Part shown: in pieces, positions 38,925 through 52,478 of the stretch | How positions within the stretch are numbered: the first letter of the stretch is position 1 | How the letters are laid out: every line of letters begins with the position of its first letter | Assembly (NCBI RefSeq): GCF_963921235.1 | Contig: NC_086097.1 | Span: forward strand, 82,710,001 to 82,774,000 | DNA: 64,000 bases | Origin: Mobula hypostoma | Lineage: Eukaryota | Direction: 5' to 3' | Program-made: the position numbers and the translations under genes | The notes under the pieces: model-generated | What the model saw: only the letters and a program-made list of their open reading frames with translations | What the model was told of the DNA's origin: nothing | Databases searched by the model: none

Positions 38925-39429
38925 ATAGAACATAGAACATAGAAATCTACAGCACATTACAAGCCCTTCGGCCCACAATGTTGTGTCGACAATGCAACCT
39001 ACTCTAGAAACTGCCTAGAATTTCCCTAGCGCATAGCCCTCTATTTTTCTAAGCTCCATATACCTATCTAACAGGCTCTTAAAAGACCCTATTGTATCCA
39101 CTTCCACCACCTTCACTGGTAGTGCATTCCATGCACCCACCAATCTCTGTGAGAAAAACTTACCTCTGACATCCCCTCACTACCTAATTCCAAGCACCTT
39201 AAAGCTATGCCCCCTTGTGTTAGCCTTTTCAGCCCTGGGGGAGAAAAAAGCCTCTGGCTATCCGCACGATCAATGCCCCTCATCATCTTATACACCTCTA
39301 TCAGGCCACCTCTCATTCTCTGTCGCTCCAAGGAGAAAAGGCTAAGTACACTCAACCTATTCTCATAAGGTACACCCTCTAATCCAGGCAACATCCTTGT
39401 AAAACTCCTCTGCACTCTCTCTATCCACT
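38925..39429 (-). mobile_element. CR1 3' fragment
   Basis: IERVQRSFTRMLPGLEGVPYENRLSVLSLFSLERQRMRGGLIEVYKMMRGIDR; (TTCTATG)n tail. Confidence 0.9.
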
Positions 39430-39976
39430 TGTACAGAGTATAGATACAAAAGTAAAGATACATTTGTTTTGAATTTTACAAAAACACCCTTTGTTGTAGG
39501 ATGTTGTGAATTATTCAGAGATCTTCCTATCTTTTTCATTAATGAAATATTTAATGCTGACAGCATTCTTGATGGAGGAAAAAATAACATATATTTGACC
39601 ATTTAGTGCTGCTAAGTTGTGGAACTACGTTGGTGTTGCATTAGTCTGTGAGTGATCATTTTGGTTGTATGAACCGGGTTTGAAGTGTGTGTGTTGGTGG
39701 GGTGGGGCGTAGGTAGAGTGGGAATAGGTAGAGGATTGGGATTGTTTTTTTGAATGGGCAATGGATAAAGGGGGTTGGGAGGGATAGAGAGTTCAATGAA
39801 AGACTCAAGGCCACTGGATGTTAATGAGTGGCTAGGCACTTGGAAAAGTGGGGAGCTTGGAGAGGGAAGTAGATGATTTGATGGTCAAGTTGATGGAATG
39901 TCAGTGGACTGGGAAATTAGATTATCAGAGGGTCAAGCGGGAAGATAGATTTGGCCTTGTGCTCTGAGTGTGTTCC

Positions 39977-42220
39977 CATAGAAACCATAGAAACTACAGC
40001 ACAGAAACGGGCCTTTTGGCCCTTCTTGGCTGTGCCGAACCATTTTCTGCCTAGTCCCACCGACCTGCACAGGGACCATATCCCTCCATACACCTCCCAT
40101 CCATGTATCTGTCCAACTTATTCTTAAATGTTAAAAAAGAACCCGCATTTACCACCTCATCTGGCAGCTCATTCCATACTCCCACCACTCTCTGTGTGAA
40201 GAAGCCCCCCCTAATGTTCCCTTTAAACCTTTCCCCCCTCACCCTTAACCCATGCCCTCTGGTTTTTTTCTCCCCTTGCTTCAGTGGAAAAAGCCTGCTT
40301 GCATTCACTCTACCTATACCCATCATAATTTTATATACCTCTATCAAATCTCCCCTCATTCTTCTATGCTCCAGGGAATAAAGTCCTAATCTAGTTAACC
40401 TTTCTCTGTAACTGAGTTTCTCAAGTCCTGGCAACATCCTTGTAAAACTTCTCTGCACTCTTTCAAACTTATTTATATCCTTCCTGTAATTTGGTGACCA
40501 AAACTGAACACAATACTCCAGATTCGGCCTCACCAATGCCTTATACAACCTCATCATAACATTCCAGCTCTTATACTCAATACTTTGATTAATAAAGGCC
40601 AATGTACCAAAAGCTCTCTTTACGACTCTATCTACTTGTGACGCCACTTTTAGGGAATTTTGTATTTGTATTCCCAGATCCCTCTGTTCTACTGCACTCC
40701 TCAGTGCCTTACCATTAACCCTGTATGTTCTACCCTGGTTTGTCCTTCCAACGTGCAATACCTCACACTTGTCTGTATTAAACTCCATCTGCCATTTTTC
40801 AGCCCATTTTTCCAGCTGGTCCAAGTCCCTCTGCAGGCTCTGAAAACCTTCCTCACTGTCTACTACACCTCCAATCTTTGTATCATCAGCAAATTTGCTG
40901 ATCCAATTTACCACATTATCATCCAGATCATTGATATAGATGACAAATAACAATGGACCCAGCACTGATCCCTGTGGCACACCACTAGTCACAGGCCTCC
41001 ACTCAGAGAAGCAATTCTCTACCACCACTCTTTGGCTTCTTCCATTGAGCCAATGTCTAATCCAATTTACCACCTCTCCATGTATACCTAGCGACTGAAT
41101 CTTCCTAACTAACCTCCCATGCGGGACCTTGTCAAAGGCCTTACTGAAGTCCATGTAGACAATATCCACTGCCTTCCCTTCATCCACTTTCCTGGTAACC
41201 TCCTCGAAAAACTCCAATAGATTGGTCAAACATGACCTACCACGCACAAAGCCATGTTGGCTCTCCCTAATAAGCCCCTGTCTATCCAAATGCTTGTAGA
41301 TGCTGTCTCTTAGTACTCGCTCCAATAACTTACCTACTACCGACGTTAAACTCACTGGCCTATAATTTCCCGGATGATTTTTCAATCCTTTTTTAAACAA
41401 CGGAACAACATGAGCCACTCTCCAATCCTCCGGCACCTCACCCGTAGACAGCGACATTTTAAATATTTCTGCCAGGGCCCCCGCAATTTCAACACTAGTC
41501 TCCTTCAAGGTCCGAGGGAACACTCTGTCAGGTCCCGGGGATTTATCCACTTTAATTTTCCTCAAGACAGCAAGCACCTCCTCCTTTTCAATCTGTACAG
41601 TTTCCATGATCTCACTACTTGATTCCCTCAATTCCATAGACTTCATGCCAGTTTCCTTAGTAAATACAGACGCAAAAAACCGATTTAAAATCTCCCCCAT
41701 TTCCTTTGGTTCCGCACATAGCCGACCACTCTGACCTTCAAGAGGACCAATTTTATCCCTTACAATCCTTTTGCTCTTAATATACCTGTAAAAGCTCTTT
41801 GGATTATCCTTCACTTTGACTGCCAAGGCAACCTCATGTCTTCTTTTAGCCCTCCTGATTACTTTCTTAAGTATTTTCTTGCACTTCTTATACTCCTCAA
41901 GCACCTGATTTACTCCCTGTTTCCTATACATTTCATACAACTGCCTCTTCTTCTTTATCAGAGTTGCAATATCCCTTGAGAACCAAGGTTCCTTATTCCT
42001 ATTCAATTTGCCTTTAATCCTGACAGGAACATACAAACTCTGCACTCTCAAAATTTCCCCTTTGAAGGCTTCCCACCTACCAATCATATCTTTGCTAGAG
42101 AACATCCTGTTCCAATTCACGCTTTTTAGATCCTTTCTCATTTCTTCAAATTTGGCCTTCTTCCAGTTCAGAACCTCAACCCAGGACCAGATCTATCCTT
42201 GTCCATGATCAAATTGAAAC
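39977..42220 (-). mobile_element. Young 5'-truncated CR1 LINE with an uninterrupted 696-codon ORF2 segment (40051-42141) covering the whole RT domain
   Basis: KSPGPD, NYRPVSLTS, QHGF, YMDFSKAFDKVPH, SGVPQGSVLGPLLF and KFADDTK all intact; (TTTCTATGG)n tail; the endonuclease domain is missing. Confidence 0.97.
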
Positions 42221-45084
42221 CATGGAGGTTCACAGGATGCTGAAGCACTACCCTAGTATTAAAAGCTTCATTGCTGCTTGAGTGGTTAACAAGCGTTGCT
42301 GCCAAGCCCTTAATTCAATTTCCTTGAGAGGTGCTGCAGCAGAAGAGTTGTCTATTTGATGGCATCATCTTGTGTGTAATGAGTGTAGAAGTTGCGTCAG
42401 ATGGGCAAGGAGAAGTAACTTAAGGAAGGGCCTAGTTGATGTTTTGGAGTGACACTGGAAATGGTTTGTTATCATGTTTCACTCTGGAAAAAGTCAATAA
42501 TGAATTAGAAAACACTGAGAAAAACTATGCTGTTTGAATGAATATGTTACCGTATTTTCACTGGAAAGGAAGCAGTCACTTACACTGGAACATACGGGAT
42601 AAAACCAACATTTAGCAGCATTGGAGAAACAACAGCAACACAGCGTCTGGAGTACAGCAGGGAAAGTAAGGATAAAACTGTTAACTTGAGCAGGTTCAGA
42701 CAAATACGAATGTATATTTTCCAGTTTCTTTTTGTTCTTCACTACAATTCCGTTGTTATTGAGAAGTTCACTGTGCCTAGCTCATGCAGTTTGTCTGGAA
42801 ATCTAGACAAACAAAGACTATTCAGTAAAACTCTCAACAATACCTGCAATTCCACTAACTTGTAACTCTCTTACACAGGGTAATTTCCACCCAAAATTAA
42901 ATGGATTACAAATGTTGTTTCAGGCAGGATTAAGGTTAATCATTAATTGAAGACCGTAATTTTAATAGGCTTTGGATTTAAAACTGTTGATTTCCAACTT
43001 TCTAGTTATCATTGAAAGATTGAAACTCACACCATTTGATTGCCTGATTAGTTGCAAATATTTTACTTTATTATTAATTTATTTATGGTAATATTACTTA
43101 ATGTGCTGTAATATGCTGTAATGTTATATGCTGAATTATATGTACTGTGTTGTGCACCTTGGTCCAGAGGAACATTGTTTCATTTGGTGGTATACATGTA
43201 TGCAGTTGAAATGGCAATCAGCTTGAACTTAGCTGACCAATCAGCTCTAAGTCACTTACTATGGCTGTTTTTATTTTGTTCCAGTTTATTGTAAGACCTC
43301 TATTTGGCACATAATATTTTATCTTGTTTAGCTATCAGTCACAAATAATGAAACTGATTTGAAATTGAAACTTGAGCAGGATGTGAGGTAAAAGACCTGG
43401 TTTCTGTTCTGTTTGAATAAGTGCTGGAGAAAAATCTACAGTCCTCAAGTATTTTTGGTTGTGAGCAGGATCAATCTTTAGCCTATCTCAATCTTGTGCT
43501 TTCCAGACATTTAAAAGCATACAGGGTCTTCCAAGCTCAAGTTTTATTGGTTCCTAGAATTCACAACTTTTTCTTGAGGATGACTACTTCTGTTGGGCGC
43601 AGCCTCGGGAGAGATGAAGGTTATGTGAGTAAACTCAGACAGCAAATCTGGAGCAGAGTCTCTAAAGTGGCTGGACAACATTGAACATCCTTCCAGCAGC
43701 TCCTGCAGCCAAGCTGGTGCCAAACTTATTGCTTCATAAGCTTTCCATTGGACTACACTGGTGAGGCCGAGAGAGGGATCTTGATGACCCGGCATCTCAG
43801 GGCCTCCATACCTTCCGGCCAGGCTTGTGATGAAGATGACGATCACCCATTGTCCTTCAAGACAGATGGATGCCAAACAACCATCACTACTTCTGTTGGC
43901 AACTTGCCTTCAGAAGTTGAGGTTAGGTGCAATAAAACAATTACTAGTGATAAAAATTACTAACTTCTGTAAGCAAATAATCATCAATCATGGCGATTCA
44001 GTTGTAGTCTTCCCTTGTCTTTATAGATGCTCTCCAGGCAGTCCTTGCCAAGCTATCAGTTCTTGGGGAAAATGATAATCAAACTTTGGCCAATTTTCTC
44101 ACTCTGCTAAGTCCTCTCTTCCTGCTATATTTGCATTATAGCTACTGCATGGGCGTTGTCTTTCCATAACCTCTATGCAGTATCAATTGCTTATTTTATG
44201 CTGTTGTTTTCATAAGCACATGAAGTGAAGCATCTTTTTAGTGTAGGAAGCAAACCTCACTAGATAGGCAGTGTTTGGTTCAAGGCATCAAGGTCATGTT
44301 ACGTGATATATTTTGCCCTTAAAGAGACACATACACTTATAAACACTACACTTGAATTCCAGTTGATTCTCCTATAGGATGGGCTACTACTCTTAACCCA
44401 CCACTTGCTGCCCAGTCACACTGGAGAAAGTGAGCCATTACTAAATCACTGAACTGCTATGATTCTCCCGTGCTACATTAGGTTCATCCTTAAATTCACC
44501 GTCTCAAATGGCGACAGGGTGATCTACTCCCAGTTCTGTATTTAGTGAACATTGATTTGTTGAAGGTGGTTCCAGAAAACTGGGCTGTGCCACCTATTTG
44601 GAATTTTTAAGTACAAAGTTTATTGTGGCCAAGCTTCACCTCACAGTGTCAGGAAATGCCTTTAACAATCAACAAATATTCAATCCAAACTTATTGTTAA
44701 AGGTCCTGGCTATCATTATTGTGCCTTAACAAATTATGTTGGCAAGGCGATAATACGTACTGTGGATAAACAAGAGGCAGATTATACACTACGCTTGCCT
44801 CCCCAGAAGGTATTTGTTAAGGTAGCATGTCAAAGCTTATTGGGGAAAATAAATGCCAAGCATAGGGTGGAAGAGGTAATATGGAGAGAAGATTGACTGA
44901 CAAACAGGAAACAGATTTGGTCGTTTTGAAGTTAGCCAAACATAAAGAGGGCTGGATGTCTCAGGGATTGGCAACTGGGAACTCAATCACCTTTCAATTT
45001 CTATGAATGGTACAAGGACCCAAGATACTGGTTGCTAAGTATGCTAATGACTCAGATACCCAGAAGGGTGTCTTTGACAGCCTT

Positions 45085-46803
45085 GCTGTGAACATGGAGG
45101 AACCTTCACAAACTCCCATGACCCCTGATGACCCTGTAATTTCAGTCTCTGAGGATGACATCGGAGTATCCCTCAGGAGGGTGAACCCGCTGAAAACATC
45201 TGGCCCAGATGGCTGAGTACTAAAGACCTGTGCTGACCAACTGCTAGTGTGTTAATTGATTTTAACCTCCCACTTCAACATCTGAGGTACCCACCTGTAT
45301 CAAGCAAGCTTCAATTATACCAGTGCCTAAGAAGAACATGATAATCTACCCCAATGACTATCATCCAGCAGCACTGTACATCCACAGCGATAAAGTACTT
45401 TGAGAGATTGATGAAATATATCAAGCTGAGAAGTGACTTGGATCCGCTCCAACTTGCCTACAGGCACAACAGGTCCACAGAAGATGCCATTTCATTGGCT
45501 CTTCACTCAGCACTGGAACATCTGGCCAGCAAAGTTAAGTATATCAGGATGCTTTTTTATCAACTACAGCTTGGCATCCAATACTATTATCCCCTCAAAG
45601 CTAATCAATAAGCTTCAAGACCTGGGCCTCAATACCCCTTTGTGCAACTGGATCCTTGATTTCCTCACTTGCAGACCCCCCCCCCCCACCCCCCAGTCAG
45701 TTCAGATTGGCAACAACATTTCCTGCACAATCTCCATCTGCACAGGTGCACCATGAGGCTGTGTGCTTAGCCCCCTGCTCTACTTGCTTTACACTTATGA
45801 CTGTAAGGCTAAGTGCAGCGCCAATGGTATATTTAAATTTGCTGACAACACCCTTGCTATTGGCCAAATCAACGGTGGTATAAATTAGCGCTGAGGCTGG
45901 ATATTGAAAATCTGGCTGAGTGGTGCCATACCAACAACATTTCACTCAACGTCAGCAAGATCAAGGAGCTGTATGTAGACTTCAGGAGGAAACCAGAGGA
46001 CAGTGAGCCAGTTCACATCGGGGGATTAGAGGAAAACTTTAAATTCCTCAGTGTTATCATTTCAGAGGATCTTTCCTGGGCAATTTTGAAGAAAGCACAG
46101 CAGCACATCTACTTCCTTAGAAGTTTGCTAAGATTCGGCATGATACCTAAAATTTTGACAGATTTCTATAGATGTGCAGAAGAGAATATATTGAGTGCAT
46201 CATGGCCTGGTATGGAAATGCAAATTACCTTGAATGTGAAATCCTACAAAAAGTAATGGGTACAGCCCAGCCGACGAAGGGTAAAACCCTCCTCAACACG
46301 TCTACACAGATTGCAGAAAGCAGGAAAGCAACATCCATCATCAATCGCCTCCACCTCCTTGACTAAGCTCTCTACTCACTGCTGCCATCAGGAAGAAGGT
46401 ACAGGAACCTCAGGACCCAAACCTCCAGTTTCAGGAACAGTTTTTACTGTTTAACCATCAAGCTCGTGAATCAGTCGGAATAACCTCTCAAGTTCACTTG
46501 ACCCATCGCTGAACTGTTCCCACAACTTATGGATTCACTTTCAAGGACTCTTCATCTCATGTTCTTGATATTTATTGCTTATTTATTTATTTATTTATTT
46601 ATTTATTATTTCCTTTTTCTTTTGCATTTGAACAGTTTGTTGTCTTTTGCACCTTGGTCGTTTGTCTGTCCTGTTGGATTTATTCTTTCATTGACTCTAT
46701 TATGTTTCTGAGATTTTCTGAGCATGCCGGCAAGAAATCAAATCTCAGGATTGTATTCGGTGGTATACATATATTTTGATAATAAATTTACTTTGAACGT
46801 TGA
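45085..46803 (+). mobile_element. Degenerate Rex1/Babar LINE
   Basis: VISVSEDD..RVNPLKTSGPDG and [30 protein letters not shown]; (ATTT)n in the 3' UTR; tail actttgaacgttga. Confidence 0.85.
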
Positions 46804-47306
46804 AGAGAGAATAAGGAAACTATAAATGGATACAGATAGGTTGTGAGATAACAAACATCTGGCAAATGTAATATGAAGGAGGAAAATGTGTAATCATCCA
46901 GAATGGTGAGAGATGAAAGAGTTCTGAGATGCAAAGAGATCTGTGTGTCCCAAAGCACTGAAGGCTAGTATGGAGGTAAATAAAACTAACAGAATGTAAG
47001 TCGAATTAAAAATAAATGTAGAGAGGTTCTACTATGTGGGCACCGGTGAGTGAAAATCTAAAGAGCTGCGTAATTTATTCATCTCCTTAAGGAAGGAGAT
47101 TTATGTGCAGGAAGTAGTTCAGAGAAGCAAAGGTTCGACTGACTAGGCTTATTTCTGCTGGAGTTTTAAAAAGAGAGGCAACATGATTGCAACATATTGA
47201 ATTCTGAGGTGTCTTCGCATTGTGGTTGTGGAGAGAATGCATCTTCTAATTAGAGAACTTAGAACTGTGGGCCACTGATTAAAAATAAAGGGTTTCCCTT
47301 TAATTT

Positions 47307-47959
47307 TTAGATTATGAGAACACTCAGTCCTCTTTTATTGTCATTTAGAAATGCATACATGCATTAAGAAATGATACAATGTTTCTCCGGAGTGATATCA
47401 CAGAAAACAAGACAGACCAAAGACTAACACTGACAGAACCACATAATTATAACATATAGTTACAGCAATGCAAAGCAATACCATAATTTGATAAAGAACA
47501 GACCATGGGCACAGTAAAAAAAAATCTTAAAGTCCCGAGTCGATTGACTCCCGAGTCCACGATAGCAGGTGGCAAAAGGGAGAAACTCCCTGCCGTAAAC
47601 CTCCAGGCACCGTCAACTTGCCGATACCTTGGAAGCAGCCGACCCCAGCCGACACTGAGTCCATCTGTCCAAAAACTCCAAGCTTCCGACCAGCCTCTCC
47701 AATACAGCTCCTGACCGTCATTGTCTGCTGAACGCCTTCGACCTCTCCCCGGCCGCTGAAACACGCAAAGCTGAGGATTTCGGGGCCTTCAGCTCCGGAG
47801 ATTCCGGTTACCACACAGTAGCAGTGGCAGTGAAACAGGCAGTTCAGAAGTTTTCCAGATGTTCTGCTGTGCTCTCACGTCTGTCTGTATCAAATCAGAA
47901 TTGTGCACAGTCCCCTACTTGACAGATAACAGATATTCATCACCGAAGCGGCCACGCAC
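47307..47959 (-). mobile_element. Non-coding retroelement of about 650 bp, same family as 50553-51183
   Basis: Reverse complement shares the 5' block (caattctgatttgat..gaacatctgga) and the 3' end (aataaaagaggactg..tcataatctaa) with 50553-51183. Confidence 0.8.
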
Positions 47960-48819
47960 TTTAGAGAAGAAGTGATTTTTTTTTTCTCTTTCTGAAGGCA
48001 GAGGAAGTAGAATTTTGGAATTTTTTTAAGGCAGAGATAGATAGATTGTTCATAAACAAAGCAGTGGTATGAAGGGGTTGCTATGAGTTAATAAGATTAT
48101 GGGTCTTTTTAATCCCTGATCTTTTAAATGATGGAGTTGACAAATCCTGTTTCTAATTCTTAGATTCATACAAAACAAATGTATGAATTTCACTAAGTTT
48201 TCTTTCCCTGTGTTCTTTCATGTTAAAAATAAGTAACAGGATTTGATTTTGGTTCTATTTACAGATGGGGCAGTATTCTGATTACAGAAGGTGTGGAAAC
48301 CTGGATCCCGTTTTCATGGCTTAATCCATATTGCCCATTAATTGACTTTCACTTTCAAATTTTGTTGCTATGGTGAAATGTACTTTTTCACATTTGAGTT
48401 GATGTTCAAAGTCCAATTAACTTAATCACATCTATGACTTTTGATTTTCTAATCTCCTGCTTCTAGTGGCCTGTGTGAATTTTTATTTACAGAATTTCAG
48501 TGGCATTTCAAGGAATGCTGAGTAGTACTATGGTAGCTGCTCTTTAGAACATTGTTATTGCACTATCAACACAATGGCTATTAATAGTGGGACATTTACA
48601 TTACTAATTTTGAAAGTGAGCATAACACACTAGCAAACTGTGCACTGTGATGATGTCAGGGTGTTGGAGAGTGGAAGGGATGCAGCATACAGGATATTTT
48701 AAATTACATTAGAACTTTTCCTTGCATTCAGTGAAACGTGCCTGATTTCTGTGTATCTGAGATTTCTAACATAAATGTGATTATCATCTAAGTAACTTCA
48801 GAGCTAACAATCCTTAAGA

Positions 48820-49100
48820 TGTAGAAGGAGGCTACTCAGCTACACAAGCTCTCACGGCATTTCCAATACCCCACGAATCTCCCTGTAACCTCTCTCATGC
48901 CCATTAACTCTGGCCAAATCACCCATCATCTGCCTACACTGAGCAGTAATTCACAGTAGCCAATTAACCAACTAGAATATCTTTGGGAAGTGGAAGCAGG
49001 TGGAGCACCCCAGAAAAACCACGTGGTCATCAGCAAAACTTTCCAAATCCACCCAGGAGGCAGATATTTACAGTTGTGATCAGAGAAACCACAAAAGAAG
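48820..49100 (-). mobile_element. Old V-SINE/HE1-like SINE
   Basis: Minus strand tgctccacctgcttccacttcccaaagatattctagttggttaattggctactgtgaatt resembles the V-SINE core. Confidence 0.55.
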
Positions 49101-49813
49101 ATGTGATCAATTCTACAGTGCTCATATTTTCTCCAGAAATGTACTGTATCTGCCTCCTCCACTTTTATGCCCCTAAAAAAGATGATCCGACCATAAGCCA
49201 TAGGAGCAAGTTTAAGCAATTTGCCCATTGAGTTGGTTCTACCATTCAATGATGGCTGATTTGATTTTCCCTCTAATCTCCCTTCTCCTGTTTCTCCCTG
49301 TAACATTTGACACCCTTACTAATCAATAACTTAGCAGCTTCTGTTTTTAAGTATACCCAATGACTTGGTTTCCACAGCTAGTGGTGACAGTGAATTCCAC
49401 AGATTCATGGATTCACCTTCCCCTGGCTAAAGATATTCCTTCTCTGTCTTTGTATTCTGAGTCTATGCCCTCTAGTCCTAGATTCTCCCACCATTGGTAA
49501 CATCCTCTTCACATCCATGCTATCTAGACCTTTCAATATTTGGTAAGGTTCAATGAGATCCCCCTCATTTTACTAAATTCTAGTGAGTACAGGTACAGAG
49601 CCATCAAACACACCTCATATGATAACCTATTAATTCCTGGGCTCATTCTTGTAAACTGCCTCTGGAACGTCTCCAATGTCAGTACATCCTTTCTTAGATA
49701 TGGGGGACCAAACCTGCTCAATCTACACTGAATGTGGTTTGAACAATGCTTTATAAGGCCTCAGCATTACCTCCTTATTTATATTTCAGTCCTCTCGAAA
49801 TGAATGCTAACAT

Positions 49814-51319
49814 GCAAAGGATTCAAAGTACATTCATGATCAAAGTACACATGCAGTATACAACCCTGATACTCATCATCTCCACAGACAGCCACGAAAC
49901 AAAGAAAACCATAGAACAAGTTCAAAGAAGAACAACAGCCCCTCCCCACACACAGTAAAACAAATAGCACAAAATAGCATCAAGAACATCAACGTCCCCA
50001 CATGCAAAAACAAAGCAAATTACACAAAGGACGATATGTAAGTACCAGTGAAAACACAGAATATAAAAACAAAATTGAAAAAGTCCATATTTAGTTCAGT
50101 CCAGTGTTCATTATCTGCAGGCCAGCTTGATTCAAAGTTGCCCAAAATAGCAAAATAGCAACAGATAAAGTAGTCACCTGGAACTACAGTCCAGTCCACA
50201 AACTGCAGGGCCAGAACTTCGATTCCATTTTCCGACAGCGCCGAGGGAGAGAGAGGGAGAGAGGGACCTTCCCTCAGGAGCAGCGAGTGAGAGGGAGAGA
50301 GAGACCATCACACGTAGCCACCTTCCTCCTGCAGCAGTGAGTGAGAGGCTGGTAGACAGTACTGAACACTCGTTCACTTTACGCTCTCACCTCGATGCTT
50401 CAACCTCCTTCAGGATTTCAATCGGTGAGATCAGCAAGAAATGGAGTCAATCATAGTGTTGCGCCCCATCTCTAAACTTCCTGGCCTCAAGGCTGCTCTC
50501 CTCCCGGAACATTCTCAGAGACAATAAAGTGCCAGATCGCTCAGTCAGCCTGAGGCGGGAGGAGAAGATGGCAGCGCGACGTAGCACGCACAGCTCTCCC
50601 GTGAAATGATATCGTATCTGTTAAATAGGGGCCGTGGACAATTCTGATTTGATGAAGACAGATGTGAGAAACAGAGGAACATCTGGAGAAATTTCTGAAA
50701 TGCCTGGTTCGCCGCTGTTGTTACTGTGCGATCGAGAATCTCTGGAGGGTAGGCCCCAAAATCCCCGGCTTTGCCCGCTGCTGGCGACCAAGGCTGAGGT
50801 CGAAGCGTTCAGATAGAGATGGTGCTCGGTACTCGGTGTCGGAGGGCTGATCGGAGCTCGAAGTTTTCGGACGACTCAGAGTCGGACTGTGGTCAGGCAT
50901 GGCAGGGAGAGTTTTCTTCCTTCTCCCGTCTGCGTGAGATGTGGGACTTTCGAGAAACTTAGAACTTTTTTACTGTGCCATGGCCTGTTCTTCATCAACA
51001 TATGATATTGTTACACTGTTGTAACTATATGTTATAATTATGTGGTTTTGTTAGTTTTTCAGTCTTGGTCTGTCCTGTGTTTTGTGATATCACACTGGAG
51101 GAATATTGTATCATTTCTTAATGCATGCATTACTAAATGACAATAAAAGAGGACTGCGTGTCCTCATAATCTAATCTAATCTAAAATGCATCAACACACA
51201 GTAGATTGCAGGCTGCAGCAGTACCGGAATCATCTTTAAAAGAAAAAGAAGCCATAAAAGAAGTGAAAGAAATACTTTTGTGACTATCTGGAGAATGTTG
51301 CCTGTAGTAACGTTGTTTG
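49814..51319 (-). mobile_element. Non-coding LINE-derived element nested in the CR1 and itself interrupted by 50553-51183
   Basis: Splits the CR1 phrase gaatgctaacat|tgcatttg with CAT duplicated; minus strand ends tgtactttgaatcctttg, a Rex-like tail. Confidence 0.6.
50553..51183 (+). mobile_element. Non-coding retroelement of about 630 bp with an (AATCT)n tail
   Basis: Starts GGGAGGAGAAGATGGC, CpG-rich, AATAAA followed by ataatctaatctaatct; no RT-like ORF; second copy at 47307-47959. Confidence 0.8.
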
Positions 51320-52478
51320 CATTGCATTTGTCTTCTTTACTACCAACTCAACCTGTCGGGAAATCTGCACCAAGACTTCTCAATCCCTTTGTACTTCTGA
51401 TTTCTGAATTTGTTCCCCTTTTTGAAAATAGTCTAAACCTTTATTTCTTGTACCGAAGTGTATAACCACACACCTCACTGCACTCAATTTCATCTGCCGC
51501 TTCTTTTCCCGTCTCCTAAACTCTCCAAGTTCTTTTGCCAACCCCCTACTTCCTCAACACTACCTGACCCTCCACCTATCTTTGTATCACCCTCAAACAT
51601 GGCCACCAAACCAGCAATTCTGTCATCCAGTTCATTAACATACAATGTGTAAAGTAGAGTTCATAACACCAACCGCTGTGGAACACCACTCGTCCACGGC
51701 AGCCAACCAGAACATGTCCCCTTTTCCCCATTCTTTCCCTCCTCCCAATCAGCCAATCCTCTGTCTATTCTAGTATCTTTCCTGTAATGCCATGGGTTCT
51801 TATCTTGTTTAGTAGCCTCACGTGTGGCACCTTGTCAAAAGCCTTCTGAAAATTCAAGTACACAGCATCCAATGATGCTCTTTTGTACATGCTGCCTGTG
51901 ACCTCCGTAAGGAATTCCAACAGATTTGTTGATAAGAGTTCGCATGAGGGAAACCATGCTGTCTTCACCCTATTTCATTGTGTATCTACAATTCCCTGAA
52001 ACCTGCATTCTACCATCTTGCTAACCATCAATGTCATGCCAATGGCCTATGATTTTCTGCCTAGTGCCCCCCTTCCCTTCTTGAAGAGTGGAGTGATATA
52101 GACTATTTTCCAGTCCTCTGGGGCCATTCCAGATTGTAGGGATTTTGAAGGATTCCTATTAATGCCTCCATAATATCTTTGGCTATCTTTTTCAGAATCC
52201 TGGGGTGTGGACAAGCTGGTCCAGGTGACTTATCTGCCTTCAGACCTTTCAGTTTCCCAAGCACCTTTTTCTTAGTAATAGTAACTTTACCCACTTCTGT
52301 TCCCTGACACTCTCAAATTTCTGGCATGTTGCTGATATCTTCCACACTGAAGACTGAAACCAAATACCTATTCATTTCATCCACCATTTATTTGCTCCCC
52401 ATTATAAGCTCTCCAGCATCATTTTCCAGTAATCCAATGTCAACTCTTGCCTCTTTTTTGCTTCTTGTATATCTAAAG

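Larger units (their letters stand above)
44760..48130 (+). mobile_element. Old, heavily decayed CR1 hosting a Rex1 (45085-46803) and a non-coding element (47307-47959)
   Basis: Decayed QKAFDKVPH-like segment at about 44800, PQG-like segment at about 44960 and FADD-like segment at about 45040; CR1 similarity resumes after 46805. Confidence 0.6.

Noticed and set aside
48245..48281. Possible next spectrin exon (tttacAG|ATGGGG)
   Set aside because: In the required phase it reads DGAVF* with no match to DERE.VQKKTF.
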